Assembly: GCA_963840855.1 (NCBI GenBank)
Contig: CAWJBB010000072.1
Location: 31,481-95,480, forward strand
DNA length: 64,000 nucleotides
Source: an uncultured delta proteobacterium
Lineage (GTDB): Bacteria > Desulfobacterota > Binatia > UBA9968
Reading direction: 5' to 3'
Position numbers and translations under genes: made by a program. The notes under the pieces were generated by a model. The model was not told the origin of the DNA. It was given only the letters and a program-made list of their open reading frames with translations, and ran no database searches. Below are positions 49,666-61,385 of the stretch, one piece after another (within the stretch, counting starts at the first letter, position 1; the number at the start of each line of letters is the position of its first letter).

Positions 49666-50784
49666 ATGGCCATTATCGATTTAGATTCGCACCTGCGCGA
49701 CGGTTGGTTGCTCGACGAGATTTACCGGCTTCCCGAACCTTTCGCGAAGTACACACCCAAGCGTCTCGGCGACGGCAAATACTTTTACTCCAAGTTCGAG
49801 CATCAGCTCTCGCCCATGGAAGACCCGGTGGCCAACGCCAATTTCAAGAAACCCATCACGCACCAGATTTTCTACAATCCCGAGGCCAACCGGCGCGGCA
49901 ACGAGGTGATGCGTTGGCAGCAAGGCGGCTACGACATGGAATACCGCATGAAAGACAACGCGCGGGAAAACATTGACTATCAGCTGATCTTTCCAACGTC
50001 CATCGATATAGCTTCGCAGAATCCCGGCCCGCTGGGCGCCGTGGTGAGCCGCGCCTACAACGACTGGGCGTATAAATTGGTCGCCGGCTATCGCGACAAG
50101 CTTTCGCCCGTGGCGATGATGCCCGCGGGTTGTCCGGATGAGATGCCGAACGAACTGCGGCGTTGCGTTAAAGAGCTGGGGTTCAAGTCGGCCCATCTAG
50201 TGAGCTATACGAAGGACAAACAGATGGACGATCCATCGTTTATGCCATTCTACGAAGCCGCGCAGGAGCTCGACATTCCGCTGTTCTGTCACCCGAGCAC
50301 GCTCGGCGATGTCGGCACTTTGATTAACCGGCAAACTCACTTTTTCCCGATGCACATTCTTGGCCGTCCGCTCAATTGCGTGGCCCCTCTGGTGGCCATG
50401 GTGCTTGGCGGGATTTTCGAAAAATTCCCGCGCCTCAAAGTCGTATTCTTCGAGGTCACTGCGGAGTTTTTGGTTTACTGGATGCACCGCATGGACGACG
50501 ACTACGAAGTCATCAAGGAAGCCGGCATGTGTCCACAGCTCAGCATGGCGCCTTCGGAATATGTGCGCCGAAACTGTTACATCAGCTGCGAAGCCGATGA
50601 AAAGTGCCTGCCGCTCGCACTGGCCGAAGTCGGCGAAACCCACGTCGTCATGGCAACCGATTATCCCCATTTCGACTCGACTTTTCCGAACACGGTGAAA
50701 GGCCTTCGTGAGCGCGTCGATATCTCGGCGCGCCAAAAGAAACTGATCTTGGAAGATAATGCGCTTGAATTGATCCATATGTAA
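49666..50784 (+). CDS. Amidohydrolase_2 family metallo-hydrolase/decarboxylase
   Basis: IDLDSH, RAYNDW, PLFCHP, GGIFEKFPRLK, ATDYPHFD. Confidence 0.92.
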   Translation: MAIIDLDSHLRDGWLLDEIYRLPEPFAKYTPKRLGDGKYFYSKFEHQLSPMEDPVANANFKKPITHQIFYNPEANRRGNEVMRWQQGGYDMEYRMKDNARENIDYQLIFPTSIDIASQNPGPLGAVVSRAYNDWAYKLVAGYRDKLSPVAMMPAGCPDEMPNELRRCVKELGFKSAHLVSYTKDKQMDDPSFMPFYEAAQELDIPLFCHPSTLGDVGTLINRQTHFFPMHILGRPLNCVAPLVAMVLGGIFEKFPRLKVVFFEVTAEFLVYWMHRMDDDYEVIKEAGMCPQLSMAPSEYVRRNCYISCEADEKCLPLALAEVGETHVVMATDYPHFDSTFPNTVKGLRERVDISARQKKLILEDNALELIHM

Positions 50785-50819
50785 TGGGTCTTGACTCATT
50801 GATGGAGAGAGGCCGAAAC

Positions 50820-51215
50820 ATGGCACAACGACAATTCCTACAGGCCAACGACCGGCAAAGAGAGCGAGCCTATTCCCCGGCGGTCAAAATCACCGGCGGA
50901 ACGACAATCTATCTTGCCGGCTACGGTGCGTTTCAAGACGAGGCGGGAAAAAGCTACGCCGGCGATTTCGACGCTCAGGTGCGGTTGAGCTTCGGGCGCA
51001 TGCGCGAGACGCTGGAGAAAGCCGGCGGCAAGCTGGACGACATCGTCACGATGACGGTCTTCATAACCGATATGGCCAATGGCACGCGCTTTACCCAGCT
51101 ACGCAAAGATTTTTTTCAGGAAGGGCGCTACCCCGCCAGCGCGCTCATCGGCATCAAGGAACTGGCGCGGCCTGAAATGATGGTGGAAATACAGGCGATT
51201 GCAGTGATTGACTAA
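50820..51215 (+). CDS. RidA/YjgF/UK114 family protein
   Basis: YSPAV, IYLAG, GGKLDDIV, YPASALIG, MVEIQAIAV. Confidence 0.9.
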   Translation: MAQRQFLQANDRQRERAYSPAVKITGGTTIYLAGYGAFQDEAGKSYAGDFDAQVRLSFGRMRETLEKAGGKLDDIVTMTVFITDMANGTRFTQLRKDFFQEGRYPASALIGIKELARPEMMVEIQAIAVID

Positions 51216-51272
51216 AGGCAAATTGATCAAGCACCGGCTAATGCCGATGCCTTCAACCAAAGGAGCACAATC

Positions 51273-51641
51273 ATGGCTTCACCTCTTAAAGTAAGCGGCA
51301 TCGATCACGTCGTTTTTCACGTTAAAGATCTCGGACGCGCGAGAAAGTTCTACGTCGATTTCCTCGGCATGACCGTCGATCACGAGCGCTCTTGGCAATG
51401 CTTTCTCAAATGCGGCAATCAAGGCGTCGCGCTCTTCGAAGTGGACAATGGAAAACAAGTGCACGGCGGCAGCGAGGTTAATCACATGGCGCTGCGGCTC
51501 GCCGCTGGGGATCTAGAGCGAACAAAAAAGACGCTGGAAGATGCGGGCATTGAAGTCCACGGCCGCCAGGGCGACCCAACCTGCATCTATTTTCACGATC
51601 CCGACGGGCATCAGTTGCAACTATTGATGCCGAACGAATAG
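51273..51641 (+). CDS. VOC (glyoxalase/bleomycin resistance) family protein
   Basis: IDHVVFHVKDL...FYVDFLG, NHMAL, IYFHDPDGHQLQL. Confidence 0.92.
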   Translation: MASPLKVSGIDHVVFHVKDLGRARKFYVDFLGMTVDHERSWQCFLKCGNQGVALFEVDNGKQVHGGSEVNHMALRLAAGDLERTKKTLEDAGIEVHGRQGDPTCIYFHDPDGHQLQLLMPNE

Positions 51642-51694
51642 CCCGCTCACGGAGAGTTGGCGTTTGATCTATCTGCGTGCCGCGCGACTGCGCT

Positions 51695-52645
51695 TCAGTG
51701 ACGGTTGTGACCGAAGGTTTTGTCGTAGTCGCGTTGCAACTCCTTGGGAATAAATTCATCTTCGATCTTGCGAATCTTTTCAGCCGGCAAGATAGGATCT
51801 TGCGTGCGCGGGACCATGCCGACCGGGGACTCTTGAGCCTTCTTGTTCCACTCTTCGAGGACCCCAGGGCCGCGCTCTTTGAACTCGTGTAGTAATTCCC
51901 AGGTGGCTTGCAAACCATTTGCCGTCGTCAGGCTCGGATAGAGCACCGCGGCGGCGCCGAGTTTTTGAAACTCTTCGAACGTCGGTGAAGGGCGCGGTCC
52001 ATAGTAAGGCGCGATCACGGGCGCGGGGATGCGCCGGCAAGCCTCTTCGATCTCTTCGCGCTTGGTGAGCGTGTTCACCCAGATTGCGTCCACCCCGGCT
52101 TCCTTGACGTACCGGGTGGATCGCTCCACCGCGTCTTGAAAGCTCCCGCTCTCCGAGCCTATGGAGTCGCAACGCGCGCAGATGACAAAATCGGGGTCAA
52201 GCTCTTTCTTCGCCGCCACCGCTGCTTCGTATTTGCCGATGGCTTCTTCCACGGAGATCAAGCGGCGACCGGCGAGGGTCCCCGATTTTTTCGGCGCTTC
52301 CTGATCTTCGATATGAAGACCGGCGGCGCCGGCGCGGATGTACGTCTGCACCGTGTAATAAACGTTCACGGCGTTGCCGTAACCCGTATCGGCATCGGCG
52401 AAGACGGGGATCCCGGTGACGTTGGTAATCCGCCGCACCGCTTCCACCATCTCGCTCAAGCCGAGCAGCCCGACGTCTGGATAACCGTAAACATATGCCG
52501 CCACCTGCGAGCCGGACATGAAGAACCCCTCGTAACCGAGTACTTCGGACATCCGCGCGTGCAGCGGGCTGAAGCCGCCGGACATGACGAGCAATTCGCG
52601 CCGCCTTAATAGTTCCCGAAATCGGGTCGTTATTTTGCTTTCCAT
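51695..52645 (-). CDS. Isocitrate lyase / PEP mutase superfamily enzyme
   Basis: GYPDVGLL, ADADTGYG, HIEDQ..PKKSG, ICARCD. Confidence 0.9.
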   Translation of the reverse strand: MESKITTRFRELLRRRELLVMSGGFSPLHARMSEVLGYEGFFMSGSQVAAYVYGYPDVGLLGLSEMVEAVRRITNVTGIPVFADADTGYGNAVNVYYTVQTYIRAGAAGLHIEDQEAPKKSGTLAGRRLISVEEAIGKYEAAVAAKKELDPDFVICARCDSIGSESGSFQDAVERSTRYVKEAGVDAIWVNTLTKREEIEEACRRIPAPVIAPYYGPRPSPTFEEFQKLGAAAVLYPSLTTANGLQATWELLHEFKERGPGVLEEWNKKAQESPVGMVPRTQDPILPAEKIRKIEDEFIPKELQRDYDKTFGHNRH

Positions 52646-52765
52646 AGTCAAGCCTCTTTATCACAATGCGGGCTGTTGCGAAATTCACCGTCAAATTTTT
52701 GACGAGCCGCCAGAACTGACGTGTGAGAGATCGCTGTTTATCGCGATCGAAATCAGCGTTGTTGC

Positions 52766-53760
52766 CCGACCTGCTGGCGCTTCCCAATCCCAGATGATGT
52801 TCAGCTTCGTGTGGATGCCCTTGAGCGCGTACGACACGAGCGTGTTGCAGATAGATACTCCAGTCGCCCGTCCTTGACCATGGGCGCGAGCTCCTTGGCA
52901 AAGCCCGGAGCATTCGTCACCCGGCGGAAGTCGGCCTCCAGAATCCACGTCGGCCAGCGCTGCGCGGCGAGCACCTTGATGTCGGCGCGGTAGTCGATCG
53001 CCTTGTCCGGGAAGAGCGTCCACTGCACGAGGTCAACGAGGTGCGTCCCGATGTCGCTCGCCGCCTCGCCCTGCTCGTTGGTGTCGAAGAACCACTGCGG
53101 CCTGATGTTCGGGACGCCCGAGACGACCTTCATCAGGTGGTGCACGCTTTCCATGTAGACGGATGGCTCCGCTTCGGTCCGGTCAGATCTCGCCAAACGC
53201 CGCGCAATCGTTGACGAGCGCACGCTGGAGCATCGTCGTCACTTCAAAGCGCTCGGTCATGATGTCGTAGGCGACGAGCTTCCGCGCGTCGGCTTCGGCC
53301 AGCGCCGCCTCGACCTTCGCCAGATCGGCGGACTTGAGGATCCATGGCTTGTCGGCGAGGACATGGATCCCGCCCTTGACGGATGCCAGGATGCGATCGA
53401 TCTTCACCGCGTTCCGACCCGAAAGGACGACGACGTTTCCAGGACGCTCCCTGAGCATGCGCTCGAAGTAGTCGGGGTCGGGTGCACCTCGAGATCCCAT
53501 GCGGTCGGGCGCTCGGCGCGGCGGTTGAATCCGGCGACGCGATTCAGGTGCTCGAAGAGGTCCCAGCCGAGCGGCGCGTAGACATCCACCCGCGGCGCAC
53601 GCCCGGATACATCTCTTTCTGGATGAGCGCGGCATGAAAGTGTCCCGGGTCGAGCGTCATCAGCCGCACATCGGCCGCGCCCCCCGCTGCTCAGCGCTCA
53701 ACGCGCCGCCCACGGCCACCGCAGCGGCCGCCCACACCAGAGCGAAAGTCGTGTCTTCAT
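52766..53760 (-). CDS. Putative oxidoreductase (Gfo/Idh/MocA-related), multiply frameshifted and 3'-truncated at the composition break
   Basis: [46 protein letters not shown]; plausible protein sequence ends abruptly at WDWEAPAG. Confidence 0.75.
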
Positions 53761-53909
53761 CGTGTCGCATCCAGTCCATATCCAGGCTTGTCGATCTTTG
53801 ACAGAGGTGAGGAGGTCACGTTTCTCCAGAGGTCATGAGGTCAGGAGGAAATCGGCTTTAAACCAAAACGACGAACTCGCCGTTCGGTAATCTCCTGATA
53901 AATTCGCGC

Positions 53910-55841
53910 CTATCGAATCACATCCGCGAAGTTGAACCGGCGTAACGGTGACCTCAATCGGCGCTTCGTCGGTGACGACGACGCGAATGGCGCTCGAGAT
54001 GAGGCGTTCGAGCACTGCCGGATCCTGGGTGTCTTCGGCATCGATATCGTCGACCGCGATGACGTAGTACTCGCCCGGCGCCAGGGCGACCATCCGGTCC
54101 GGCGACCCGCCCTGGCTGCCGGCGCTGCCGGCAACGGTATACCCACCCGCCCCGCCAGCCACCACCCCTCCGGAGCTGAGCTGCGACCCTACCACGTCGC
54201 CGGTGACCGTGACTCCAGCCGACACCGCGGCCGTCGCGCCGCCGGTCGTCCGCACGAACTGCGGCGGAACGTGCGTCCTGACGTGCCGCAGCTGCGGATT
54301 CCACTTCGCCTTGTCGAGCGGAAAGGCGATGGCGACGTACTCGCGCGTCGGCAGGCCGTCGTCGCCGGTGACGCGCAAGTCCATCTGCGTCCGCTTGTCG
54401 GTCACGATCACCTGGACGTTGGGTACCTGCTGGCCGGTCTCGAACGTGATCGGCTGCTCCAGGAGGTTTTGCCCGCGCAGCGTCACCGCCTTGAGCGTCC
54501 AGCGGCCGAAGGTCAGCGTGGGTGGCGCGCCACATGCGCCACTCAAACCATCGAGCTTGAAGCTCCAGTCAGCCGCGATGATGGCTTGCCCGGACCGGCA
54601 CCCAGGGCTGTCGGGATTGTGGAAGGGCACGCGCACTTGCCCGGGGCTCGGCGGTGGCGGCGTCGAATCCCTCGAAGACGACCCGGCCGGTTGCCGTCGC
54701 ACCCCGGCCCACCAGGATGCTGATCGCCTCGGTGGACCCGCCCCCAACGCTGATCCTCGCGCTGCCGAAGAGCTGATCTTCGGGCCCATCGGACCGGGGC
54801 CCTGGCGCGTCATGACCTGCGCTTCGAGCGTGTACTCGCCAGGCGGAAGGTTGAGCTGAAACGGATCCTCCCTGGCGAATGCCAGTCCCGCCACTGTTGT
54901 CGTACCCGCCCGTGGCCTCCGGACCGCTGACCCGTGCGTTCACCGATCCGCTGGTGACCGGTTCGCCGTCGCTTCTCAGCACCACGCCGGTCACGACCGT
55001 CGGCGTCCCCTCCGCGAGCACCACCTCGACGCCGGCGGCCGTCTCGCCGCGGTTCAGCGTGATCGGCTCGGCCTGCGACATGTCGAGCGCACCCGGGTAG
55101 TAGGTCGGAACCGGCTGAGGGAGGGGCACCTCCACGGCTGACGGATTCGGGTTGAACGACTGCAACATCTGCGGCCGGACCTGGATCAGGTAGCGGCCAG
55201 GCTGCAGCCTCGACACTCTGAACTCCCCGAGGTCGTTCGTCTGCATCTGGCCAGTCGCTGTCGGGCGGCCGCCGCGCGGTAGGCGCAGGACCCGCACCTG
55301 CGCCGATTCGACCGGGTCCCCGTGCGCGTCGAGGACACGACCCACGATCGCCGAACCGTGAAAAAGCGGAATGGTCAGGTCCTCGATCACTTGTCCCTCG
55401 CGCACGAGGAGCGGCATCAACCGGGCGCGCATCGATCGATTCACTTCGGGATAGCGGGCCGGCATATACGTGGACTTCTCCACCATCAGGTTGTGGGCAC
55501 CTGATGGCAGCGCCGTCAGTTCGAACGTTCCGGTCGAATCGGTGAGGACCGGAGACCTCGAACCGGCAGGTCCGCTCATGAGCCGGACACGGGCGCGGGG
55601 AATGGCGTTCCCGGTGACGCCGTCAACCACCCGGCCCTTGATGACGGCGGTCCCGGCGCGCTGCGATAGCGGCACGCGATCGCGAGGCGGCCCCTGGGGC
55701 GTGGGAGGCGGCGGCACACCTTGGACGGCCGGTGCACGACGCGCAGGCGCCGCGGCAGCACTTGGGCGCCGGGATGAACGGCACGAGCGCGAGGAATACC
55801 CCCCGGTACCGGCACCCCCGCCGGGCAATCGGGCGATCCAT
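53910..55841 (-). CDS. Secreted carboxypeptidase-regulatory-like repeat protein (frameshifted)
   Basis: GGAGGAG RBS + ATG; GTAVIKGRVVD, TDSTGTF, GRVLDAHGDP, TNDLGEFRVSRLQPGRY, PTYYPG, LAPGEYYVIA. Confidence 0.85.
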
Positions 55842-56281
55842 AGCCACACTCCTCCGCTGGCTGTCCGCTCGGAATCGACAGTGGTCCGCTCCGATGTCGC
55901 GGCCCGAGGACTCGGTCGAGCGCCGCGCCGGTGACTCGAGAAATCGTTCATCCGGTCCACTCGTCAAGTAATTAGACACCAGAATTCGCGTATTTCAGAC
56001 GCCGGCGGCCGCGATCGGGCCGCCTGCCAGCCGGCGAGGCTTTGCCGGCGTCGCGCTGGCGAAGTACGTTGACGTCGCGTTCGACGTCATCTTTCAGCCA
56101 GCCCGTTTACACGAACGTCTACGGGCGCGAACGCCTGGCGTGAAGCGTTGTCCCGGCGGCGGGTGAATGCCAACGTCCCGGACATGCGCTACGACTACGG
56201 CTCGCTCGGCGATGGGATCAAACACGCTGGGTGTATCGGCGGCGTGTTCCGTGGAGATTTTGAGCAGGACGCAGGACGTCG

Positions 56282-58149
56282 GTGGAGCTAACATGGGCCG
56301 TGCGAGCCGCCGCTCTCGTCGCCTGCCTACTGCTTACTGCAGCCCCGGCCGGGGCCGCCGAGTGGGTGCGCGTCGAGTCCCCCAACTTCATCGTCTATGG
56401 TGAAACCGCCGAAGGGCGCGTGCGCGAGGTCGCGGAGGAGTTCGAGCGCTTCCGCGACGCGCTTGGGCGCGTGATTCCGGGCGCGGACACGCCCGCGGCT
56501 GTCCCGACCGTCGTCGTGGTCTTTGCCTCGACGCGGGCCTTCGCACCGTACATTCCCCGCTACAACGGCAAACCAATCCCGCTCGGCGGCTACTTCTTCT
56601 CGAGCGACGACATGAACATCGTCGCGTTCGCCGACGGCAAGCGCGACGACGTGCTGCGCACGATCTTTCACGAGTACGTGCACCTGGTCATCGACAATGT
56701 GTCGGATGGCCTGCCGCTCTGGCTCAACGAAGGACTGGCCGAGTACCTACAGCACGTTCCTGGTCGACGCCGCGGGCACAGGTGCGCTCATCGGACGGGC
56801 GATTCCGGCGCACCTCGATCTCCTGACGCACCGGCGCCACCTCACGATTCCGGAACTCCTCGCCGTCGACGCCGACTCGTCTGCGTACAACGAGGGTGAG
56901 CGCCAGACGCTCTTCTACGCGCAATCCTGGGCGCTCGTCCACATGCTCGTCTCTGGCAGCCCGAACCGGTCGTCGCTCCTGGCACAGTACGGCCGCCTCG
57001 TCGCCGGCGGCACTCCCTCGCTCGAAGCGTGGCACCAGGTCTTCAAGGACGCGCCCATTGCGCGCGAACTGCAGCGCTACGTTGGCCGCGAGTCCATGAG
57101 CGGCTTCCGCTACCGCTTCGACAAGAGCATCCCGACGGTCAAGAGCTACTCATCGCGAGTGTCGGAAGGCGATGCGCAGGCGGTGCTCGGAGACCTCCTG
57201 CGGCGGGTTGCCGAAGCCCCCGAGACGGCCGCCCGGTTCGAGAAAGCGATCGCGCTCCAACCCGTATCGGCGCGGGCGCTCGCGCTCTACGGCCTGCTCC
57301 GGCTCGACGAGGACGAACCCGACAAGGCACTGCCCCTGCTGATGGCCGCCGCCAAGGACAAGACCGACTGGCTCGTGCAGTACCACGTCGCCACCGGCCT
57401 GACGCGCGTCATCACGACCACCGATGACCCCGATCCGGCAGTGATCGCGACCGCGCGCGAGGCGCTCAGCATCGCGCAGGCCGCGCGACCTGACCTCGCC
57501 AACGGGTATGCACTGGCGGCGCGCCTCGACACTGCGGAAGGCACGAACGCGACGCAGGCGCTGCAGTCCATCCGGCGGGCACGAACGGTCTCGCCCGGCC
57601 GCGACGACTACATCCTCCTCGAGGCGTTCATCCGCATGCGTCTCGGCGAGTACGTGGCCGCGCGCCAACTCCTCACGCCGTTGACGACGGCAAGAAACAC
57701 TGCTTCAATCCGCGCCAATGCGCAAGAGGTCCTCGAACAGGTCGCACTGCTCGAACGCGAAACCGAGGAGTTCATGGCGCGGCTGGAAGGACAGAAAGTC
57801 GAGACCGCGGGTCCGGCCGGTCAGCGTCGGCAGGGCTCCGGTCTACCGCGCACTCGAGCCCGGCGAATCGCGCGTCGAGGGACTCCTCGAACGGATCAAC
57901 TGCGCCGCCAAGGAAATCGCGATCGAGGTCAACGTGGCAGGCACCACCGAACGCTTTGTCGCCGAGTCGCTGAACGCCGTCGCGTTCATCAGCCACCGCG
58001 ACGACCTGCGCAGCACGATCGCCTGCACCATCCGCACGCCGCCCGATCGCGTCTACGTCACGTGGCGCGAAACCGACCCGCCGTCACGCCCACGCCGGGT
58101 GATCGCGGTGGAGTTCCTGCCACACCCCGCTAGTGGCGTGTATCAGTGA
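56282..58149 (+). CDS. Secreted HExxH metallopeptidase-like (DUF1570-type) protein with TPR-like C-terminus (frameshifts ~56750, ~57820)
   Basis: Signal peptide; WVRVESPNF; IFHEYVH; PLWLNEGLAEY; FYAQSWALVHML; helical repeats. Confidence 0.8.
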
Positions 58150-58395
58150 GATGTGAAGGCCCTGGCGGGTCCTGTCCGCGACCAGCCCCAGTTCGTGCTC
58201 GGGCCGAAGAGCCCGTGTCACGGGCTGTCGGCCCTGCGGCGCGAACCGGGGCGCCCCGGTCGCGGCCACCCGCGAGCGGCACGTGACATCTCGCTGAATA
58301 GCTGTCTCGAGTCTAGGCGCCAGCGCGTCCGTGTTGCCCGTGTTGTCCGTGGCCCGCCCGAGGTCCGTGCTTCGTGGTTGAGGCGCGCCGCGGTT

Positions 58396-59946
58396 CTATT
58401 CCGCCCCCACGCCCAGATACGTCCGGATCTTCTCGTCCACGAACATGGCCTCCGCGGTCGGCTCGCGGGCGATGAGGGAGGCCACGATCCCGACGAGGAA
58501 CGCGGCCGGCATCGAGACGATGGCGGGGTTACGCAGCGGAAAAATCGCCTGCGGGTAGTGCAGGATGTCGACCCAGACCGTCGGGCTGAGCACGATGAGC
58601 AGCACCGACAGCACCGAGCCCGTGACGATCGAGCTCACGGCGCCGGCGGTCGTGAACCGCTTCCAGACGATCGACAGGAGCAACGGTGGAAAGTTCGCGC
58701 TGCAGGCAATCGCGAACGCCAGGCCGACCATGAACGCGACGTTCTGTCCCTTGAAGACGATGCCCAGGAGGACCGCCAGCACGCCGAACACGACCGTGGC
58801 AACGCGAGCGACGCGAATCTGCTCGTGTTCTGGTGCGTGACCCCGGCGAACGACGTGGACGAAGATGTCATGCGAGAGCGCGCTCGCGCCGGCGAGCGTC
58901 AGGCCGGCCACGACGGCCAGGATGGTCGCGAACGCGACCGCGGCGATGAAGCCGAGGAAGGGCGTGCCGCCGAGGAGCTCGGCCGCGAGCGGCGCCGCCA
59001 TGTTGCCGCCGGCATCGACCTTCGCGATGATGTCGCGGCCGACGAGCGCCGACGCCCCGAAGCCGACGATCGGGATGATGAGGTAGAAGTAACCGATGAA
59101 GCCGGTGGCGTAGAGCACCGACTTCCGGGCCGCGCGGGCATCGGGCACGGTGTAGAACCGCATCAGGATATGCGGCAGGCCGAGCAGGCCCAGCATCAGG
59201 GCGAGCCCGAGCGAGACGGCATCGAGCGGATCCGTAATCAGACCGCCGGGCTCGAGCGCGGCCGGACCATAGCGGTCGGCGACCGCCGCGTAGAGACTGG
59301 CCGGCGAGAAGTCGTACTGCGCGAGCACCAGCACCGTCAGCACCGACACGCCGAAGAGCAGCAGCACGGCCTTGATGATCTGCACCCACGTCGTCGCGAT
59401 CATGCCGCCGAAGAGCACATAGGCCAGCATGACGAGGCCGACGCCGGTGACCGCCCACTCGTAGGGGATGCCAAAGAGCAGCCGGATCAGGTTGCCCGCG
59501 CCGACCATCTGGGCGATGGTGTAGAAGAGCACGGTCAGGATGCCGCCGCACGCCGACGCGATGCGCACCGGCACCTGCCGCAGGCGGAACGCGACGACGT
59601 CGGCAAACGTGTACTTGCCCAGGTTGCGAACCGGTTCGGCGATGAGGAACATCAGCGCCGGCCACCCTACCAGCCAGCCGGTCGCATAGATCATCCCGTC
59701 GTACCCGCGCAGCGCGACCAGCCCCGCGATGCCGAGGAACGACGCCGCGCTCATGTAGTCGCCCGCGAGCGCCAGCCCGTTCTCGAGCGCGGAGACCGAT
59801 CGGCCGGCGGCGTAGAACTCGCTCGTCGAGCGTGTGCGCCGCGCCGCCCACCAGGTGATCGCCAGCGTCAGCGCGACGATGACGAGAAAGAACGCGACGG
59901 CCGAAGCCGTCGGGCTTCCGAGCGACGTTTCGAGGACAGGGGGCAT
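58396..59946 (-). CDS. actP: Cation/acetate symporter (SSS family)
   Basis: NGLALAGDYMSAASFLG, GLPHILMRFYTVPDA, AVAFATILAVVAGL; DUF485 partner upstream. Confidence 0.93.
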   Translation of the reverse strand: MPPVLETSLGSPTASAVAFFLVIVALTLAITWWAARRTRSTSEFYAAGRSVSALENGLALAGDYMSAASFLGIAGLVALRGYDGMIYATGWLVGWPALMFLIAEPVRNLGKYTFADVVAFRLRQVPVRIASACGGILTVLFYTIAQMVGAGNLIRLLFGIPYEWAVTGVGLVMLAYVLFGGMIATTWVQIIKAVLLLFGVSVLTVLVLAQYDFSPASLYAAVADRYGPAALEPGGLITDPLDAVSLGLALMLGLLGLPHILMRFYTVPDARAARKSVLYATGFIGYFYLIIPIVGFGASALVGRDIIAKVDAGGNMAAPLAAELLGGTPFLGFIAAVAFATILAVVAGLTLAGASALSHDIFVHVVRRGHAPEHEQIRVARVATVVFGVLAVLLGIVFKGQNVAFMVGLAFAIACSANFPPLLLSIVWKRFTTAGAVSSIVTGSVLSVLLIVLSPTVWVDILHYPQAIFPLRNPAIVSMPAAFLVGIVASLIAREPTAEAMFVDEKIRTYLGVGAE

Positions 59947-59950
59947 GTGA

Positions 59951-60262
59951 TCAGCGGCGAGTCAGGAGCGTCTCCCGCAGCCGTTGCGCTTCGGGATCGT
60001 AGTAGCGGTTCGCCCAGACGATGTAGACCGCCGTCAGGATCCATGAGCCGACGATGACCGCGGCGCCGAGCGGGATGCCGAGCGGCGTCACGCCGCCAGG
60101 CATGCGCTCGGCGAGCAGCGGCTTGTTGACGGCGATGAGCAGGATGTAGCCGTAGTAAAGCACGAAGAGGCACGCCGTCAGCGCCAGCGACACCCGCCAG
60201 CGGCGTGTGACGAGATGATGGAAGGCGGGCGATGCCGTCAGTTGAGCCTTGGTGTCAGCCAT
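59951..60262 (-). CDS. DUF485 membrane protein (YjcH-like)
   Basis: SPAFHHLVTRRW, two TM helices, YIVWANRYYD; upstream of actP. Confidence 0.9.
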   Translation of the reverse strand: MADTKAQLTASPAFHHLVTRRWRVSLALTACLFVLYYGYILLIAVNKPLLAERMPGGVTPLGIPLGAAVIVGSWILTAVYIVWANRYYDPEAQRLRETLLTRR

Positions 60263-60414
60263 GATTCTCCCGGCCGTCATTCAACCACGAAACCGGCCCA
60301 GCCGTGCAGCGCGGCTCGCGCGCACCAGGTAATTGGTGCACGGCGCCGCCTGCCTCAGCCGCCGACTCGTCCGGCAGAGTTGGCATATTGTCGAGGATTT
60401 CCACCCCTGGTCGA

Positions 60415-60430
60415 TGGCACCTCGCTTGCT
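60415..60430 (+). promoter_or_regulatory. Sigma-54 (-24/-12) promoter
   Basis: TGGCAC-CTCGC-TTGCT matches TGGCAC-N5-TTGC; GGAGG RBS and ATG 60475 follow. Confidence 0.7.
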
Positions 60431-60474
60431 GATACATGTAGGGGAATCGCACCGAACCCAGGGAGGAACGACCC

Positions 60475-61322
60475 ATGCCCTCATCACGACACTTCACCCA
60501 CGCCCGAACGCGGCTCACGATAACTCTCGTGGCGGCGGCGCTCGCGATCGCCAGTCCGGATCGGCGCAGACCGCTCCGCCGCCCATGCCGACGATGACGC
60601 CCGGCGCGAACCAGGACCTTGCCCGCAAACACCTGACCGACGCGCGCAACGCGTTGAGCGAGATGACGCAACTGCCGGCGGCCGGACAGCTCGCGGGCAA
60701 CCCGCGCCAGCTGGTGCAGCAGCTCATCACCGACTTCAACGCGATGCTCACGATTAGCGCCGGCTGGCACGACTCATTCGAGAAGGTCGAAGCGACGCTC
60801 ATCGCGCTGCTCGAAGCGCCGGAACCGGCCACGGGGACTGCGGGCGCGATCGGGACGAGCGGCTCGTCCAGGGCGGCCAATGCAATGGATCCAGCCATCC
60901 GCGCCAAGCTCGAGGAGTTCCGGGCGCATCTCGACCAGTTCGAGGACGTCGCCAGCGCCAACGCGGCTCCGAATCCTCCGCCGACTCCGCCGCCAGCGGA
61001 ACCGCCCGCGCCACCCACCACCGGCGATCGGCCGGACGCGCCACCCACGCCCACCGCGGATGCGCGAGAGGACCTAGAGGTCTCCGGCGTCGCGCGTGAT
61101 GTGCTGCTGCACGTCGAAGCCGTCGAGGTCCTCCTCGGCGCCCAGGACGCAGCCCAGAGAGCCGCGACCGCCGCCGCTGGCGGCGCCGTCGTCTCGACTC
61201 CGACCGCCAGCGGGTCGACGAGGACGACGATCACCGGACCGAACGTGACGCTCACCGAAGAGCAACTCCTTCGGATCAAGGCACACCTCAACGACATCCG
61301 GCTGCTGCTCGAACGAAAGTAG
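60475..61322 (+). CDS. Secreted helical/Pro-rich hypothetical protein (frameshift near 60557)
   Basis: RBS + MPSSRHF...TITLVAAALAIASP signal-like segment joins the long ORF ending at 61322. Confidence 0.7.
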
Positions 61323-61385
61323 CCGGCCGCCAGCGCGACACTTCCGCCATGCTATGCTCCGATTTTTCGTCGGAGCATAGCTGGA

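Noticed and set aside
58153-60057. 634-aa plus-strand ORF
   Set aside because: Antisense shadow of actP in high-GC DNA.
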